Source: an uncultured archaeon
GTDB lineage: Archaea; Iainarchaeota; Iainarchaeia; Iainarchaeales; CSSED10-239
NCBI GenBank assembly: GCA_964496765.1
Contig: CAZCAP010000003.1
Span: 991 to 64,990 of the forward strand
Length of the DNA stretch: 64,000 nucleotides
Direction of reading: 5' to 3'
In this document: positions 53,533 to 62,787 of the stretch, piece after piece
How positions within the stretch are numbered: position 1 is the stretch's first letter
Layout: each line of letters opens with the position of its first letter
Notes under the pieces: generated by a model
The model's input: only the letters and a program-made list of their open reading frames with translations
Database searches by the model: none
What the model was told of the DNA's origin: nothing
Translations under genes and position numbers: made by a program

Positions 53533-54319
53533 AACTTTAAAAATTGTAAATTCAGAAAACATACTTTCAAAGATGAAGGAAGGACAAAGACTTGATGGAA
53601 GAGGGCTTAATGACTATAGAGATATTGAAATAAAAGTTAATAATATTAAGTCTGCTGATGGTTCATCATGGGTAAGGATTGGGAACACAGAGGTTGTTTG
53701 TGGAATTAAGTTTATAATTGGAACTCCCTATCCAGATTCTCCTGATGAGGGTAACATGAGTTTTAATCTTGAGCTAACTGGACTTTCATCACCAGAGTTT
53801 AGTACAGGGCCTCCACAGATTGATGCACTAGAGTATGGAAGAGTTGCTGATAGAGCAATAAGACATGCTAATGCTATTGATTTTAAAGAACTTGCGATTA
53901 TTCCTGGAGAAAAAGTATTTACTATGTTTATTGATTGCTATGCAATTAATGCTGATGGAAACCTAATTGATGCAACAGAAATTGCTGCTCTTGCTGCAAT
54001 AATGAACGCACACATCCCTAAGCTTGATGAAAAGAATGTAATAATCTATGGTGAGAAGGATAGAAAAATTAATTTGAAAACATTCCCTTTGTCTTTTACT
54101 TTTGAGAAGATTGGAGATAAAATTGTTCTTGATGCAACTGAAATTGAAGAGTTTACATCATCAACTAGATTTTCACTAGGGATATACAAAAATACAATCC
54201 TTTCTTGCCATAAAAGCAAAGGTGGGGTATTTACATCTGATGAAATTAATTATATGATTGATGTTGCTACATCAAAATATAATGAACTTGAGAAAAAAAT
54301 AAAAGATGCAATAAAATAA
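53513..54319 (+). CDS. rrp42: Exosome subunit Rrp42 (RNase PH fold, non-catalytic)
   Basis: QRLDGRGLNDYRDIEIKVNNIKSADGSSWVRIGNTEVVCGIK. It overlaps the rrp41 3' end. An alternative ATG start lies at 53525. Confidence 0.9.
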   Translation: MVILMSETLKIVNSENILSKMKEGQRLDGRGLNDYRDIEIKVNNIKSADGSSWVRIGNTEVVCGIKFIIGTPYPDSPDEGNMSFNLELTGLSSPEFSTGPPQIDALEYGRVADRAIRHANAIDFKELAIIPGEKVFTMFIDCYAINADGNLIDATEIAALAAIMNAHIPKLDEKNVIIYGEKDRKINLKTFPLSFTFEKIGDKIVLDATEIEEFTSSTRFSLGIYKNTILSCHKSKGGVFTSDEINYMIDVATSKYNELEKKIKDAIK

Positions 54320-54352
54320 TATGATTATTGGAGTTTAAAAAAGTGATTGTTT

Positions 54353-54574
54353 ATGACCACAAAAAAAGTTAAGGTTACTGGTAAGCATGGAGTAAGAGCA
54401 GGAGTAGGAATTAGAAAAAAATTTCTTCTTGCTACTACAACTGATAAATCAAAATATGTTTGTCCAAAGTGTGGATTCTTAGGAAAGATATCAAGAACAG
54501 CAAAGGGAATCTTTAAATGTTCTAAATGTAAAACAATGATATCTGGTGGAGCCTACAAGCTTAAAACCAATTAA
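54353..54574 (+). CDS. rpl37ae: Ribosomal protein eL43 (L37Ae)
   Basis: TKKVKVTGKHGVRAGVGIRKK plus the zinc ribbon CPKCGF..CSKCK..GGAY. The ATG at 54353, 6 nt after AGTGA, is preferred over the TTG at 54347. Confidence 0.9.
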   Translation: MTTKKVKVTGKHGVRAGVGIRKKFLLATTTDKSKYVCPKCGFLGKISRTAKGIFKCSKCKTMISGGAYKLKTN

Positions 54575-54601
54575 AAGATAATAAATTAATTAAAAAGTAA
54601 A

Positions 54602-54606
54602 GGTGA
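54602..54606 (+). promoter_or_regulatory. Shine-Dalgarno GGTGA for rpoP
   Basis: GGTGA lies 7 nt upstream of the ATG at 54614. Confidence 0.6.
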
Positions 54607-54613
54607 AAAATAA

Positions 54614-54742
54614 ATGTATACCTGTGCAAGATGTAAAGAAAATTATGAAGAACTTCCGGAAAATAATAAGTGTAGATCCTGTGGGTCTAGGATATTTTAT
54701 AAGAAGAGAGAACCAATTTTAAAGAAAGTAAAAGCCTACTAG
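54614..54742 (+). CDS. rpoP: RNA polymerase subunit P (Rpo12/RPABC4), 42 aa; not in the ORF track
   Basis: My own translation is MYTCARCKENYEELPENNKCRSCGSRIFYKKREPILKKVKAY. It has a C4 zinc ribbon and the conserved position after eL43. Confidence 0.85.
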   Translation: MYTCARCKENYEELPENNKCRSCGSRIFYKKREPILKKVKAY

Positions 54743-54752
54743 GTAGTTAGAA

Positions 54753-55250
54753 ATGTATGTAACAGTATCCAGAAAAGCAGATAATTCTGTTAAAAAATTC
54801 TCTAAATATTTATCTCTTTTCATAGATGATATAAAATACATTCCACGAGGGAAGACTGCACTTAGTAAGATTTTCGAGTCTGCTATATTTCTTGGACACA
54901 ATTACTTCCTAATCTCCAGAAAACAAGAAAAAGATCAGATTTCACTTTTAGTTTATAAAATAAATTACAAGGAAAAAGCATTTTCCCCAGATAAAGAAAT
55001 TATTTTTAGAATTCTGGATCTGAATTCAATTCTATCCAAAAAAGAATTAGATAAATTAAAGAAAGAAAATGATTTCACAGATGGAAATAAATTGTTTTAT
55101 TTTCTAACTAGTAAAAAGAAAGGAGACTATGGTGTTTTCGTTGATGATAAAAAAGAAAGAAGATATTCATTTAAGATGAATGCAAAAGATCTTGGTTTCT
55201 TTTTGATTCACATTGAAACAAAAAAATTCAAGGAGATGAAACTTGCTTGA
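54753..55250 (+). CDS. Brix-domain (Imp4-like) ribosome biogenesis protein
   Basis: N-terminal MYVTVSRKADNSVKKFSKYLS, matching size, and the conserved superoperon position after rpoP. Confidence 0.6.
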   Translation: MYVTVSRKADNSVKKFSKYLSLFIDDIKYIPRGKTALSKIFESAIFLGHNYFLISRKQEKDQISLLVYKINYKEKAFSPDKEIIFRILDLNSILSKKELDKLKKENDFTDGNKLFYFLTSKKKGDYGVFVDDKKERRYSFKMNAKDLGFFLIHIETKKFKEMKLA

Positions 55251-55492
55251 TTGGTCAAATCATATCTAATGTAATTCTAATTAAAACAAATGATCCCAAT
55301 AATCTAAAGAAGCTTCTTGATCTTGAATTTGAAAGGAAGAAATATAATAGATCAGAATCAAAAATCACAATCACAAAAGAAGGACTAAAAATAGAAATAA
55401 AAGCAAAAGATATTATTGCATTCAAAGCAACTGTTAATAATTATATTAATATTTTAGAACTAATAAAGAAAACTTATGAGGTGGATTTATGA
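55247..55492 (+). CDS. pcc1: KEOPS subunit Pcc1-like protein
   Basis: An 81-aa ORF. KAKDIIAFKATVNNYINILELI resembles the Pcc1 C-terminal helix pattern. It holds the conserved position before prefoldin beta, and its TTG start overlaps the upstream stop. Confidence 0.5.
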   Translation: MIGQIISNVILIKTNDPNNLKKLLDLEFERKKYNRSESKITITKEGLKIEIKAKDIIAFKATVNNYINILELIKKTYEVDL

Positions 55493-55854
55493 ATAAAGAT
55501 AAAAATGTAAAAGATAATTCAGGGGCAGTAAATGCCTATAGACAACAATTAATGTACATAACCAATCAAAAACAACAGATGCAGTTTCAATCAAATATTT
55601 TAGATTCCACAATAAAGGAACTTGAGACCACTAAAGAAAAAAAGGTTTACAAGGGAACTGGTAACATCTTTATCTCAAAGAATGTGGAAGATGTTTTGAA
55701 AGAAACAAAAGAAACAAAAGAAACAATTGGATTAAGAATTAAAAATATTGAAAAACAAGAAACTGATCTTGTAAAAAAATTAAATGAGATTACAAGAAAG
55801 GATGATAAAGATAATACAAAAGAAATTGATGATAATGTGGAAGGAATTGCTTAA
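55489..55854 (+). CDS. pfdB: Prefoldin beta subunit
   Basis: A two-coiled-coil profile flanks a beta-hairpin segment (KKVYKGTGNIFI). Superoperon position supports the call. Confidence 0.65.
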   Translation: MNKDKNVKDNSGAVNAYRQQLMYITNQKQQMQFQSNILDSTIKELETTKEKKVYKGTGNIFISKNVEDVLKETKETKETIGLRIKNIEKQETDLVKKLNEITRKDDKDNTKEIDDNVEGIA

Positions 55855-55868
55855 AATATAAGCAATAT

Positions 55869-56306
55869 CTATTTCAAATAAATTATCTTATTTCCATCTT
55901 TTATTTTCTTCTTCTTTGATTTCTTAATTAAATAGTGAATAGTTGATTTTGGGACCCCCAATTTATCTGCAAGATCTCTATAGGAAAAGTCCTTGTGCAT
56001 TTCAACTATCTTTTGCATTTTATCGATTGGAATATCAATGGGTCTCCCCTGCTCTGTTTTAATATAAAAGTTAATTCCCTTATTCTTTATTAGCTTCTTT
56101 GTTCCTTCAGAAATTCTATCTTTTGTTGATTTGGATACTGTCATAGTTTTTATCTTTTTACAAGATAAAAGAATTTTTTGCATGTTCTTTTTAGAAACAG
56201 CAACTGTTAAATGTAATTCATCACAATCCTTGTTAATTGATTTGATTCTATGTATTGAGTTTAAACATTCTTTCATATTTTTCTTCACACCTTTATTTTT
56301 GTCCAA
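55869..56306 (-). CDS. Small HTH-domain protein (C-terminal resolvase-type helix-turn-helix)
   Basis: SYRDLADKLGVPKSTIHYLIKKS lies near the C-terminus. I did not recognise the N-terminal domain. Confidence 0.45.
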   Translation of the reverse strand: MDKNKGVKKNMKECLNSIHRIKSINKDCDELHLTVAVSKKNMQKILLSCKKIKTMTVSKSTKDRISEGTKKLIKNKGINFYIKTEQGRPIDIPIDKMQKIVEMHKDFSYRDLADKLGVPKSTIHYLIKKSKKKKIKDGNKIIYLK

Positions 56307-56408
56307 GAAATATATCTACTTAATTATTACTTATTATCTAACTACAATATATTTATAAATTATATTGTTTTCTATAATACTGTAATATGTATTAGGTATG
56401 AGTAAAAT

Positions 56409-58130
56409 ATGGAAGCTGCATTTTCGTCCTTTTTAATTTATTTTTCAATAATTGTTTTGTCTGCGACAGTTATGACCTACATATTTAATAGATTACGTCA
56501 ACCATCAATTTTAGCTTTTATCCTAACCGGAATATTGATTGGGCCAATAGCGTTAGGGGTTGTACCCCACACTCCAGAAATCCTAATGCTATCAAAGATT
56601 GGAATAGCTTTTCTTCTATTTTCTGTTGGGCTAGGAACTGATCTCAACACCTTAAAGAAGCTAAACCTAACTGTTTTTATTCTTCCCATAATAAATATTC
56701 TAATTATATTTATTTGCATAACCCTATTAAAAAACGTTATTGGTCTAAATCTAATACAATCTCTTTATTTATCTTTGATAATCTCATTTTCTTCAACCAT
56801 GCTGGTTGCAAAGATCTTAATTGATAACTTTGAAATGGGGTCATTAAATGCTCAAATATGTGTTGGTATTCTGTTAGTTGAGGACCTGATTGCAATCCTA
56901 GCAATCCCTATTCTTGCTGATTTTTTAACAATTTCCGCATCCCTTGTGTTAATCGTAATCTTTAAGGTTATACTCTTAATTATTTTTGCATATCTTATCA
57001 ATAAATGGGTATATCCAAGATTAATTAAACACACCTTCAAATCCACTCAGGGTTTTTTTCTTTTAACAATTGCAAGTTGTTTCCTATTTATTCTAATATC
57101 TCAGTTATTAAAGTTTGATATTGCGGTTGGTGCATTTATTGGTGGACTTGCGATATCCATCTTTCCTTATAATCTTGAGATTTCTAATAATATATCCGGA
57201 ATTAGAAATCTCTTATCAATGATATTTTTTGTATCTTTAGGTATGCAACTAACTTTCAATTTTGCTAGTGGATATTTATTATTAATTGTTCTTTTTATAT
57301 TTGTGTTTGTTTTAAAACCATTGATTCATTTTATTATTTTAGTTTTTTCTGGTTATGGAAGACGGTTATCAGTTACCAGTTCTCTTTATTTAGCTCAAAT
57401 ATCTGAATTTTCTCTAATTCTTGCAATGCAGGGATTACTATTAAATCATTTAACTAGCGATCAATATTCTGCGATTGTTATTGCTACCTCTGTTTCTATG
57501 TTGTTAACTCCATATATAACTGAACATTATGATTCTCTATATAAGTTTGTTAGGCCTTTACTAGGTTATTTTAAAAGAAAAGCATACTATTCAAGAAAAA
57601 TAGATAAGCTAACTAATCTTTCTGAAAAAATGGAAAATCATTTTATTTTAGTTGGGTCTGATGTTGTTGGAGATGCTATTTTAAAGGTTCTATCAAGGGA
57701 TAAGCACATTCCAATATTAATAATAGATCAAAATCCAGAAAAGATTGCTCCATTAATTAGAAAAAAAATAAACTGTGTTTGTGGGGATGTGAATAATGAC
57801 GAAATTATACATTCCATTGGTTTAGATAAGGCAAGATTAATTGTATCAACTGTTCCTAGATTCGATGTAACCATGAGATTCCTAACTAAGGTTAAGTCTA
57901 TTAATCCAAATCTTAGATTTTATGCAATTGCACACACAAATGAGCAGGCACTTAAGTTATATGAAGAGGGTGCTGATCTTGTTATTTTGCCAAAGGTACT
58001 TGAATCAAATTTCCTTTTAGAAAAAATAAATATATTTAACGATAAATTAGAAAATACATCTTTTATCAAGGGAGCATATGTTAGTTATTTGAAAGGGGAA
58101 GTTGAACAACCAAAGAAAAAGAAAAAATAA
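56409..58130 (+). CDS. Kef-type cation:proton antiporter (CPA2) with a C-terminal TrkA-N/RCK domain
   Basis: About 12 TM helices of the Na+/H+-exchanger type, followed by the Rossmann-like FILVGSDVVGDAI..LIIDQNPE. Confidence 0.85.
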   Translation: MEAAFSSFLIYFSIIVLSATVMTYIFNRLRQPSILAFILTGILIGPIALGVVPHTPEILMLSKIGIAFLLFSVGLGTDLNTLKKLNLTVFILPIINILIIFICITLLKNVIGLNLIQSLYLSLIISFSSTMLVAKILIDNFEMGSLNAQICVGILLVEDLIAILAIPILADFLTISASLVLIVIFKVILLIIFAYLINKWVYPRLIKHTFKSTQGFFLLTIASCFLFILISQLLKFDIAVGAFIGGLAISIFPYNLEISNNISGIRNLLSMIFFVSLGMQLTFNFASGYLLLIVLFIFVFVLKPLIHFIILVFSGYGRRLSVTSSLYLAQISEFSLILAMQGLLLNHLTSDQYSAIVIATSVSMLLTPYITEHYDSLYKFVRPLLGYFKRKAYYSRKIDKLTNLSEKMENHFILVGSDVVGDAILKVLSRDKHIPILIIDQNPEKIAPLIRKKINCVCGDVNNDEIIHSIGLDKARLIVSTVPRFDVTMRFLTKVKSINPNLRFYAIAHTNEQALKLYEEGADLVILPKVLESNFLLEKINIFNDKLENTSFIKGAYVSYLKGEVEQPKKKKK

Positions 58131-58216
58131 TTTAAACTTTGCGAATTAACTAGCAAGGTATATATTTGTATTGGTTCAGAAAATATTTATAATTAATTAA
58201 AAGAGAGGAGAATACA

Positions 58217-59296
58217 ATGGCAAAAAAACTAAATTTTAAAGATAAACAATCATTAATAAATTGGATTGTGAGCCACCCCAAAACAGTTGGCACTGTTGTT
58301 GGTGCTGGTCTTTCACTTCTTGTTGCAGGAAAACAATTATCTGCTCAAGAACTTGTGGGGATAAGAGATTTATCAATTACTCCTCTTATGGAACCAACAG
58401 GTCACTCAATTCATACAAATACTTTCTTCTTAGATAATCTAGATGGTAAAACAAAAGACTTTCTTCAGCAATCTCTTGAATATAGATATGGTGGGGAATT
58501 TAAGGGTAGAAAATTAGAAGGAAATTATAATGTTGGAGTAGAAGTTGGATCAAACAATTTTATGATTAATAATAAACTAGTTTCTGATAAACTTTATGAA
58601 CAAATTCATTTAGTTTTTGGTTTATCAAAAATATTTAATACTCCAATACAAATTAATTTAGGTTATTCTCCAAAGTTTGGAGCAAAGGGTGGAGAGTATT
58701 ATTTAGATGGAATGCAGTTTGCTGGTAACGTGAAGGTTAAAAGATCAGGAACTGGTGGAGTAATAAATATAAAGGATGGTAAAATTGCTTCCTATGAAGG
58801 AATACAGGAAGTAACCTTTGGTAAGAAATTTACTGGAGCATTAAGATTCTATAATGAAGCTGGTAAAAGCATGAAGGATGCATACTATAATGTTTATGGA
58901 ATTGTAGATATGAGTTCAAAGGAGCATATTTTTATACCATACCTCTCAGCAGCAGCAACCAGAGAAAACTTGAAGAAAGGTCTTGTTGACTATGGACTCG
59001 GTATTTTCTTTAAACCATTAACTGGTAAAAAGAAAGGAAGATTCTATGCCTATGCAGAAGTTGGAGTAAATAAAAACAATAAATGGAGTTTTTTTACTAG
59101 GTTAAACTATAGAATAACAACACCCGCTGCAAAAGCCGTAAAAGCTGCAAAAGATGTATTATTAAAAGATGCATATGAAAAAAGTGTGAAAGCAAAAGAA
59201 AAAGCGGTTAGAGAGAAAACGATTGGTCAAAAGAAAGTAACTGAAAGGAAAAGTATATTCAAACCAAGAAACAACCTGAGACCAAGAGCAAGATAA
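58217..59296 (+). CDS. Hypothetical beta-strand-rich protein with an N-terminal hydrophobic segment and a Lys-rich C-terminal tail
   Basis: TVGTVVGAGLSLLVAG is followed by repeated alternating-polarity strands (YNVGVEVGS, FYAYAEVGV, WSFFTRLNYRI). A GAGGAG RBS lies upstream. Confidence 0.55.
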   Translation: MAKKLNFKDKQSLINWIVSHPKTVGTVVGAGLSLLVAGKQLSAQELVGIRDLSITPLMEPTGHSIHTNTFFLDNLDGKTKDFLQQSLEYRYGGEFKGRKLEGNYNVGVEVGSNNFMINNKLVSDKLYEQIHLVFGLSKIFNTPIQINLGYSPKFGAKGGEYYLDGMQFAGNVKVKRSGTGGVINIKDGKIASYEGIQEVTFGKKFTGALRFYNEAGKSMKDAYYNVYGIVDMSSKEHIFIPYLSAAATRENLKKGLVDYGLGIFFKPLTGKKKGRFYAYAEVGVNKNNKWSFFTRLNYRITTPAAKAVKAAKDVLLKDAYEKSVKAKEKAVREKTIGQKKVTERKSIFKPRNNLRPRAR

Positions 59297-59373
59297 GTTC
59301 AATCTTATCTTCTTTTTATTTCTTTTTAACTCTTATTTTTAAACCTTTTGTAAACTAATTTATTTTGATATTT

Positions 59374-59943
59374 ATGCAGATATTAATTTGTGGGTTTTCT
59401 GGTTCTGGTAAGAGCTATCTTGCTGAAAACCTTGGAAAAAAAATAAAATACAAGGTTATTCATTCATCAGCAATCTTTAAACAACTTCAAGCTAAACAAA
59501 AAGTAGATTTTTCCAAAACAAATATGAACAAAGGCTGGTATGAACTATCTAATTTTGACAATGTAAGAAAAAAAGATGAATCTCTTGATAAATGCCTTGA
59601 TAAACATCTTCTTGAACTTATAAAAAAAGAAAAAAATATTATAATTGATTCATGGACTCTTCCATATCTAACAAAGAAAGGAATTAGAATTTGGTTAATA
59701 GCAGGAAAGGAAGAGAGAGCAAAAAGGTTATCATTGAGAGATAAGATCTCCTACAAAGAAGCAATTGATGTTGTTAAAAAGAAGGATGCCTTTTCCATTA
59801 AGCAATATAAGAAACTTTATGGATTTAAGTTTGGAACCAATCTAAGAACCACTTTCGATTACAGAATAAACACAAATAGGCTAACAATTCCAGGCGTTTG
59901 TGATGAAGCCTATAGATTAATAAAAGAGAGATTAAAGAAATAA
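59374..59943 (+). CDS. P-loop nucleoside-monophosphate kinase, archaeal cytidylate-kinase-like
   Basis: P-loop ICGFSGSGKS. The later IRIWLIAGKEERAKRLSLRD and KKLYGF segments resemble archaeal Cmk (COG1102). The ATG at 59374 is preferred over the TTG at 59365. Confidence 0.55.
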   Translation: MQILICGFSGSGKSYLAENLGKKIKYKVIHSSAIFKQLQAKQKVDFSKTNMNKGWYELSNFDNVRKKDESLDKCLDKHLLELIKKEKNIIIDSWTLPYLTKKGIRIWLIAGKEERAKRLSLRDKISYKEAIDVVKKKDAFSIKQYKKLYGFKFGTNLRTTFDYRINTNRLTIPGVCDEAYRLIKERLKK

Positions 59944-59949
59944 GTTAAT

Positions 59950-60798
59950 TTATTCTCTTTTTCTTTCTAGTTCTCTTACTATCTCTTCACTAGATTTTGC
60001 TTTTCCTAGAATACAATCTTTGTGAACACTAGTTCCATGAAAATCTGAACCCGCTGTTTCCACTAAATCTAGATCTTTACAAACAACTCTTATTCTATCT
60101 ATTAATTCGTGGCTTTCTTCTCTGAGATCCTCAGGAATTGAACCTTTTGTTTCTACACCAACAAGACCATACTTTGAAAGCTTAACAATAAAATTCTCAA
60201 TACTTTCCTTTTGATCAGCTCTTAATAACCATGGATGAGGAAGAACAGAAACCCCACCAGCAATCTTGATTGTCTCAATAACCTTCTTTGCTTTTAGGGG
60301 TTCAGTATCTAATCTAACTTTGATCTTTTTAAGATATTTATTATAAATGTCATGAACGCTTGTTCCATATCCTCTTTCTATTAAAACTGCTGCAAGATGA
60401 GGAAGCATTGTTTGATGGCAATGCATTTTTTTCGCGTAGTCATCAACCTCATGGAAATCAACATCAACATTTAGGTCTGCTAACCCTTCAATCTTTCTCT
60501 TTAGATGCTCAAGCTTGTTTTTTTGATTAACCTCAAGCAATGCATTTAACTCTGGTGATGCGATATCAATAAAGTATCCAAGTATCTCTACCCCATACCC
60601 CTGAATCTCAACTCCAGGAATTAATTCCATTCCAATTTTCTTAGCATATTTGATACCCTCTGGTAATCCAAAAATAGAATCATGATCAGTAATAGATATT
60701 CCTGCTAGTCCCAACTCTTTTGCAAGATCTAAAAGCTCTTTTGGAGAATGAACCCCATCAGAATAGGTTGAATGGGTGTGCAAATCAAAATATTTCAT
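59950..60798 (-). CDS. PHP-domain metal-dependent phosphoesterase
   Basis: N-terminal FDLHTHSTYSDG, followed by ITDHD and later His/Asp motifs (LPHPW, GSDFHG). Confidence 0.85.
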   Translation of the reverse strand: MKYFDLHTHSTYSDGVHSPKELLDLAKELGLAGISITDHDSIFGLPEGIKYAKKIGMELIPGVEIQGYGVEILGYFIDIASPELNALLEVNQKNKLEHLKRKIEGLADLNVDVDFHEVDDYAKKMHCHQTMLPHLAAVLIERGYGTSVHDIYNKYLKKIKVRLDTEPLKAKKVIETIKIAGGVSVLPHPWLLRADQKESIENFIVKLSKYGLVGVETKGSIPEDLREESHELIDRIRVVCKDLDLVETAGSDFHGTSVHKDCILGKAKSSEEIVRELERKRE

Positions 60799-60822
60799 TT
60801 TCTGTTCCTTCTAAATGTGGAT

Positions 60823-61032
60823 TTATTGCATTGTCTTGGTAGCAAGCTTAATGTCTTCACCAGTAACCGTTTTTCTTTTAGCATGAAGAGCAAGCTCAAT
60901 TGCTTGTTTTGAAATATCCTGTGCAACCTCTCCTAGTATTTTTGATAATTCTTCAGCAGCATCCTCTGAAACCCTTTCAGCACCTGCTTTTCTAATAAGT
61001 CTGTCAACAGCAGCAATTGGTAATTCACTCAT
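60823..61032 (-). CDS. Archaeal histone (HMf family)
   Basis: A 69-aa ORF: ELPIAAVDRLIRKAGAERVSEDA..LHAKRKTVTGEDIKLA. Confidence 0.93.
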   Translation of the reverse strand: MSELPIAAVDRLIRKAGAERVSEDAAEELSKILGEVAQDISKQAIELALHAKRKTVTGEDIKLATKTMQ

Positions 61033-61217
61033 AAATCTCCCTCCGATTTAAAAATTAGCTTAATATATATCTTATTTACCAGAAATCCTTTTAAATTAAT
61101 CTTTTTTAAAAAATAAAGCGTTTTTAACGATTTTCTCTATTTTTATTAAAATGTTAATAAATATATATATTTCTATATACTAATTCTATATGGTTTAATT
61201 AACCAGAGAGTGATTAA

Positions 61218-62114
61218 ATGGTACTTCAAGATTCTATTCTTCTACAAATAAGTCAAAAGCAAACTAACTATAATGATCTACTACTTAGAATGACCCCTAA
61301 TTATAAATCCAGTGATTCAGCAAAGGCTGCGCTTTCCCGTGCTCTAAAGAACCTAATTTCCTTTGGAGAGATTGAAAAAAAAGAAGACTTATATATTTTA
61401 ACAGAGAAGGGTAGGCATACCGTTGATTCAAAATTAAAAAATAAGATATTAATAGTTATTAATGATTTATTATCCAAATCCAAAAAAACAAATTCACTTC
61501 AATACATAGACGATATTATAAAAAACATACATGTATTTATAGAAAAATCAAAAACTGATCCTTCATTAATTAAAGTTGCAAAAACAAGTTCAACTTTTTA
61601 TATATCTGATCTTCACTATTTAAAAGAAGATATTGAAAAAAAAGTAACCCATTATCATCATCTTCTTGAGATCCTTGAGAAGCAAGTAAACATATTACAG
61701 GATGAAAACTTTGAAGACTTTTATTCAATTAATCTTGATGAAAAAGCATTTGCACATGTTGTAAACTTTTGTAAACTAACTAATCTAACTGATATTACAA
61801 TTGATTGTGATAAGGATAGTCCAGAAACCATTCTTTTATTTGTTAAAAATAATAAGTTTACTAGAAAATCAGAGTGTGTTTTTTCAACACCACTAACCAA
61901 TATGCCTGAACTTAAAAAAATACTTTTATCTAATTTTGAAAACACAATTCAAGCTAAATTTAAAATTTATTTAAATGATATATTAATTAAAACAAATTTT
62001 GGTAAGCTTTATTTCTTTGGACCCTTTAATCTTATTTCAAAGATAAAAGAAGAAATTAATAAAAAAGAAAAAAAACCAAAAATTGTTAAAAAGAAACTAG
62101 AAAAAAAGAAGTGA
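61218..62114 (+). CDS. Hypothetical protein with a possible N-terminal winged-helix domain
   Basis: NYNDLLLRM..ALSRALKNLISFGEIEKKEDLYILTEKG resembles a wHTH. The rest is unrecognised and the C-terminus is Lys-rich. Confidence 0.45.
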   Translation: MVLQDSILLQISQKQTNYNDLLLRMTPNYKSSDSAKAALSRALKNLISFGEIEKKEDLYILTEKGRHTVDSKLKNKILIVINDLLSKSKKTNSLQYIDDIIKNIHVFIEKSKTDPSLIKVAKTSSTFYISDLHYLKEDIEKKVTHYHHLLEILEKQVNILQDENFEDFYSINLDEKAFAHVVNFCKLTNLTDITIDCDKDSPETILLFVKNNKFTRKSECVFSTPLTNMPELKKILLSNFENTIQAKFKIYLNDILIKTNFGKLYFFGPFNLISKIKEEINKKEKKPKIVKKKLEKKK

Positions 62115-62124
62115 GGTAATTTAT

Positions 62125-62787
62125 ATGTTTATTAAATATCTAGGGCATTCCTGTTTTGCTATAAATGATGAAAAAGTAAATTTACTTCTTGATCCATTTA
62201 TTTCTGGAAATGCTTTATCCCTGGTTAGTCCTTTTGATTTAGCTCCTGATCTAATCCTTGTTTCCCATGATCATGGTGATCATCTAGGAGACACAGTTGC
62301 AATTGCAAAGAAGAGCAATTGTGATGTTTTATGTGTTGCTGACTTAGGTAATGAACTAGCAATGCAGGGTTTATCTGTGATTGCAGGAAATCTAGGTGGA
62401 ACAATTGATTACAAGCACATAAAAATAACCTATGTGAAGGCAGAGCACACCTCTAAGTTTGGAACGCCTGTTGGCTTTGTTATTAAACTTTCAAATCACG
62501 TGATTTATTTTGCTGGGGACACTAATATATTTTCTGATATGCAATTAATTAAAGAACTTTATAATCCAGATATAGTTCTACTTCCAATTGATGGGCACTA
62601 TAATATGGGTCCCTATGAAGCAAGTCACGCAGTTAGATTACTTGATCCAAAGATAGTTATTCCAATGCACTATGGAACTTTTCCTCTACTCGGAGGCACT
62701 CCAGAACAATTTGTGCAAGAACTTAAAAAACAAAATCTAGATACTAAGGTGATTATTTTTAAAATAAATGAAGAAAAAGAGTTTTAG
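62125..62787 (+). CDS. UPF0173-type metallo-beta-lactamase-fold hydrolase
   Basis: MFIKYLGHSCFAI..DPF..LVSHDHGDHLGD..AGDT..PMHYGTFP. Confidence 0.8.
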   Translation: MFIKYLGHSCFAINDEKVNLLLDPFISGNALSLVSPFDLAPDLILVSHDHGDHLGDTVAIAKKSNCDVLCVADLGNELAMQGLSVIAGNLGGTIDYKHIKITYVKAEHTSKFGTPVGFVIKLSNHVIYFAGDTNIFSDMQLIKELYNPDIVLLPIDGHYNMGPYEASHAVRLLDPKIVIPMHYGTFPLLGGTPEQFVQELKKQNLDTKVIIFKINEEKEF

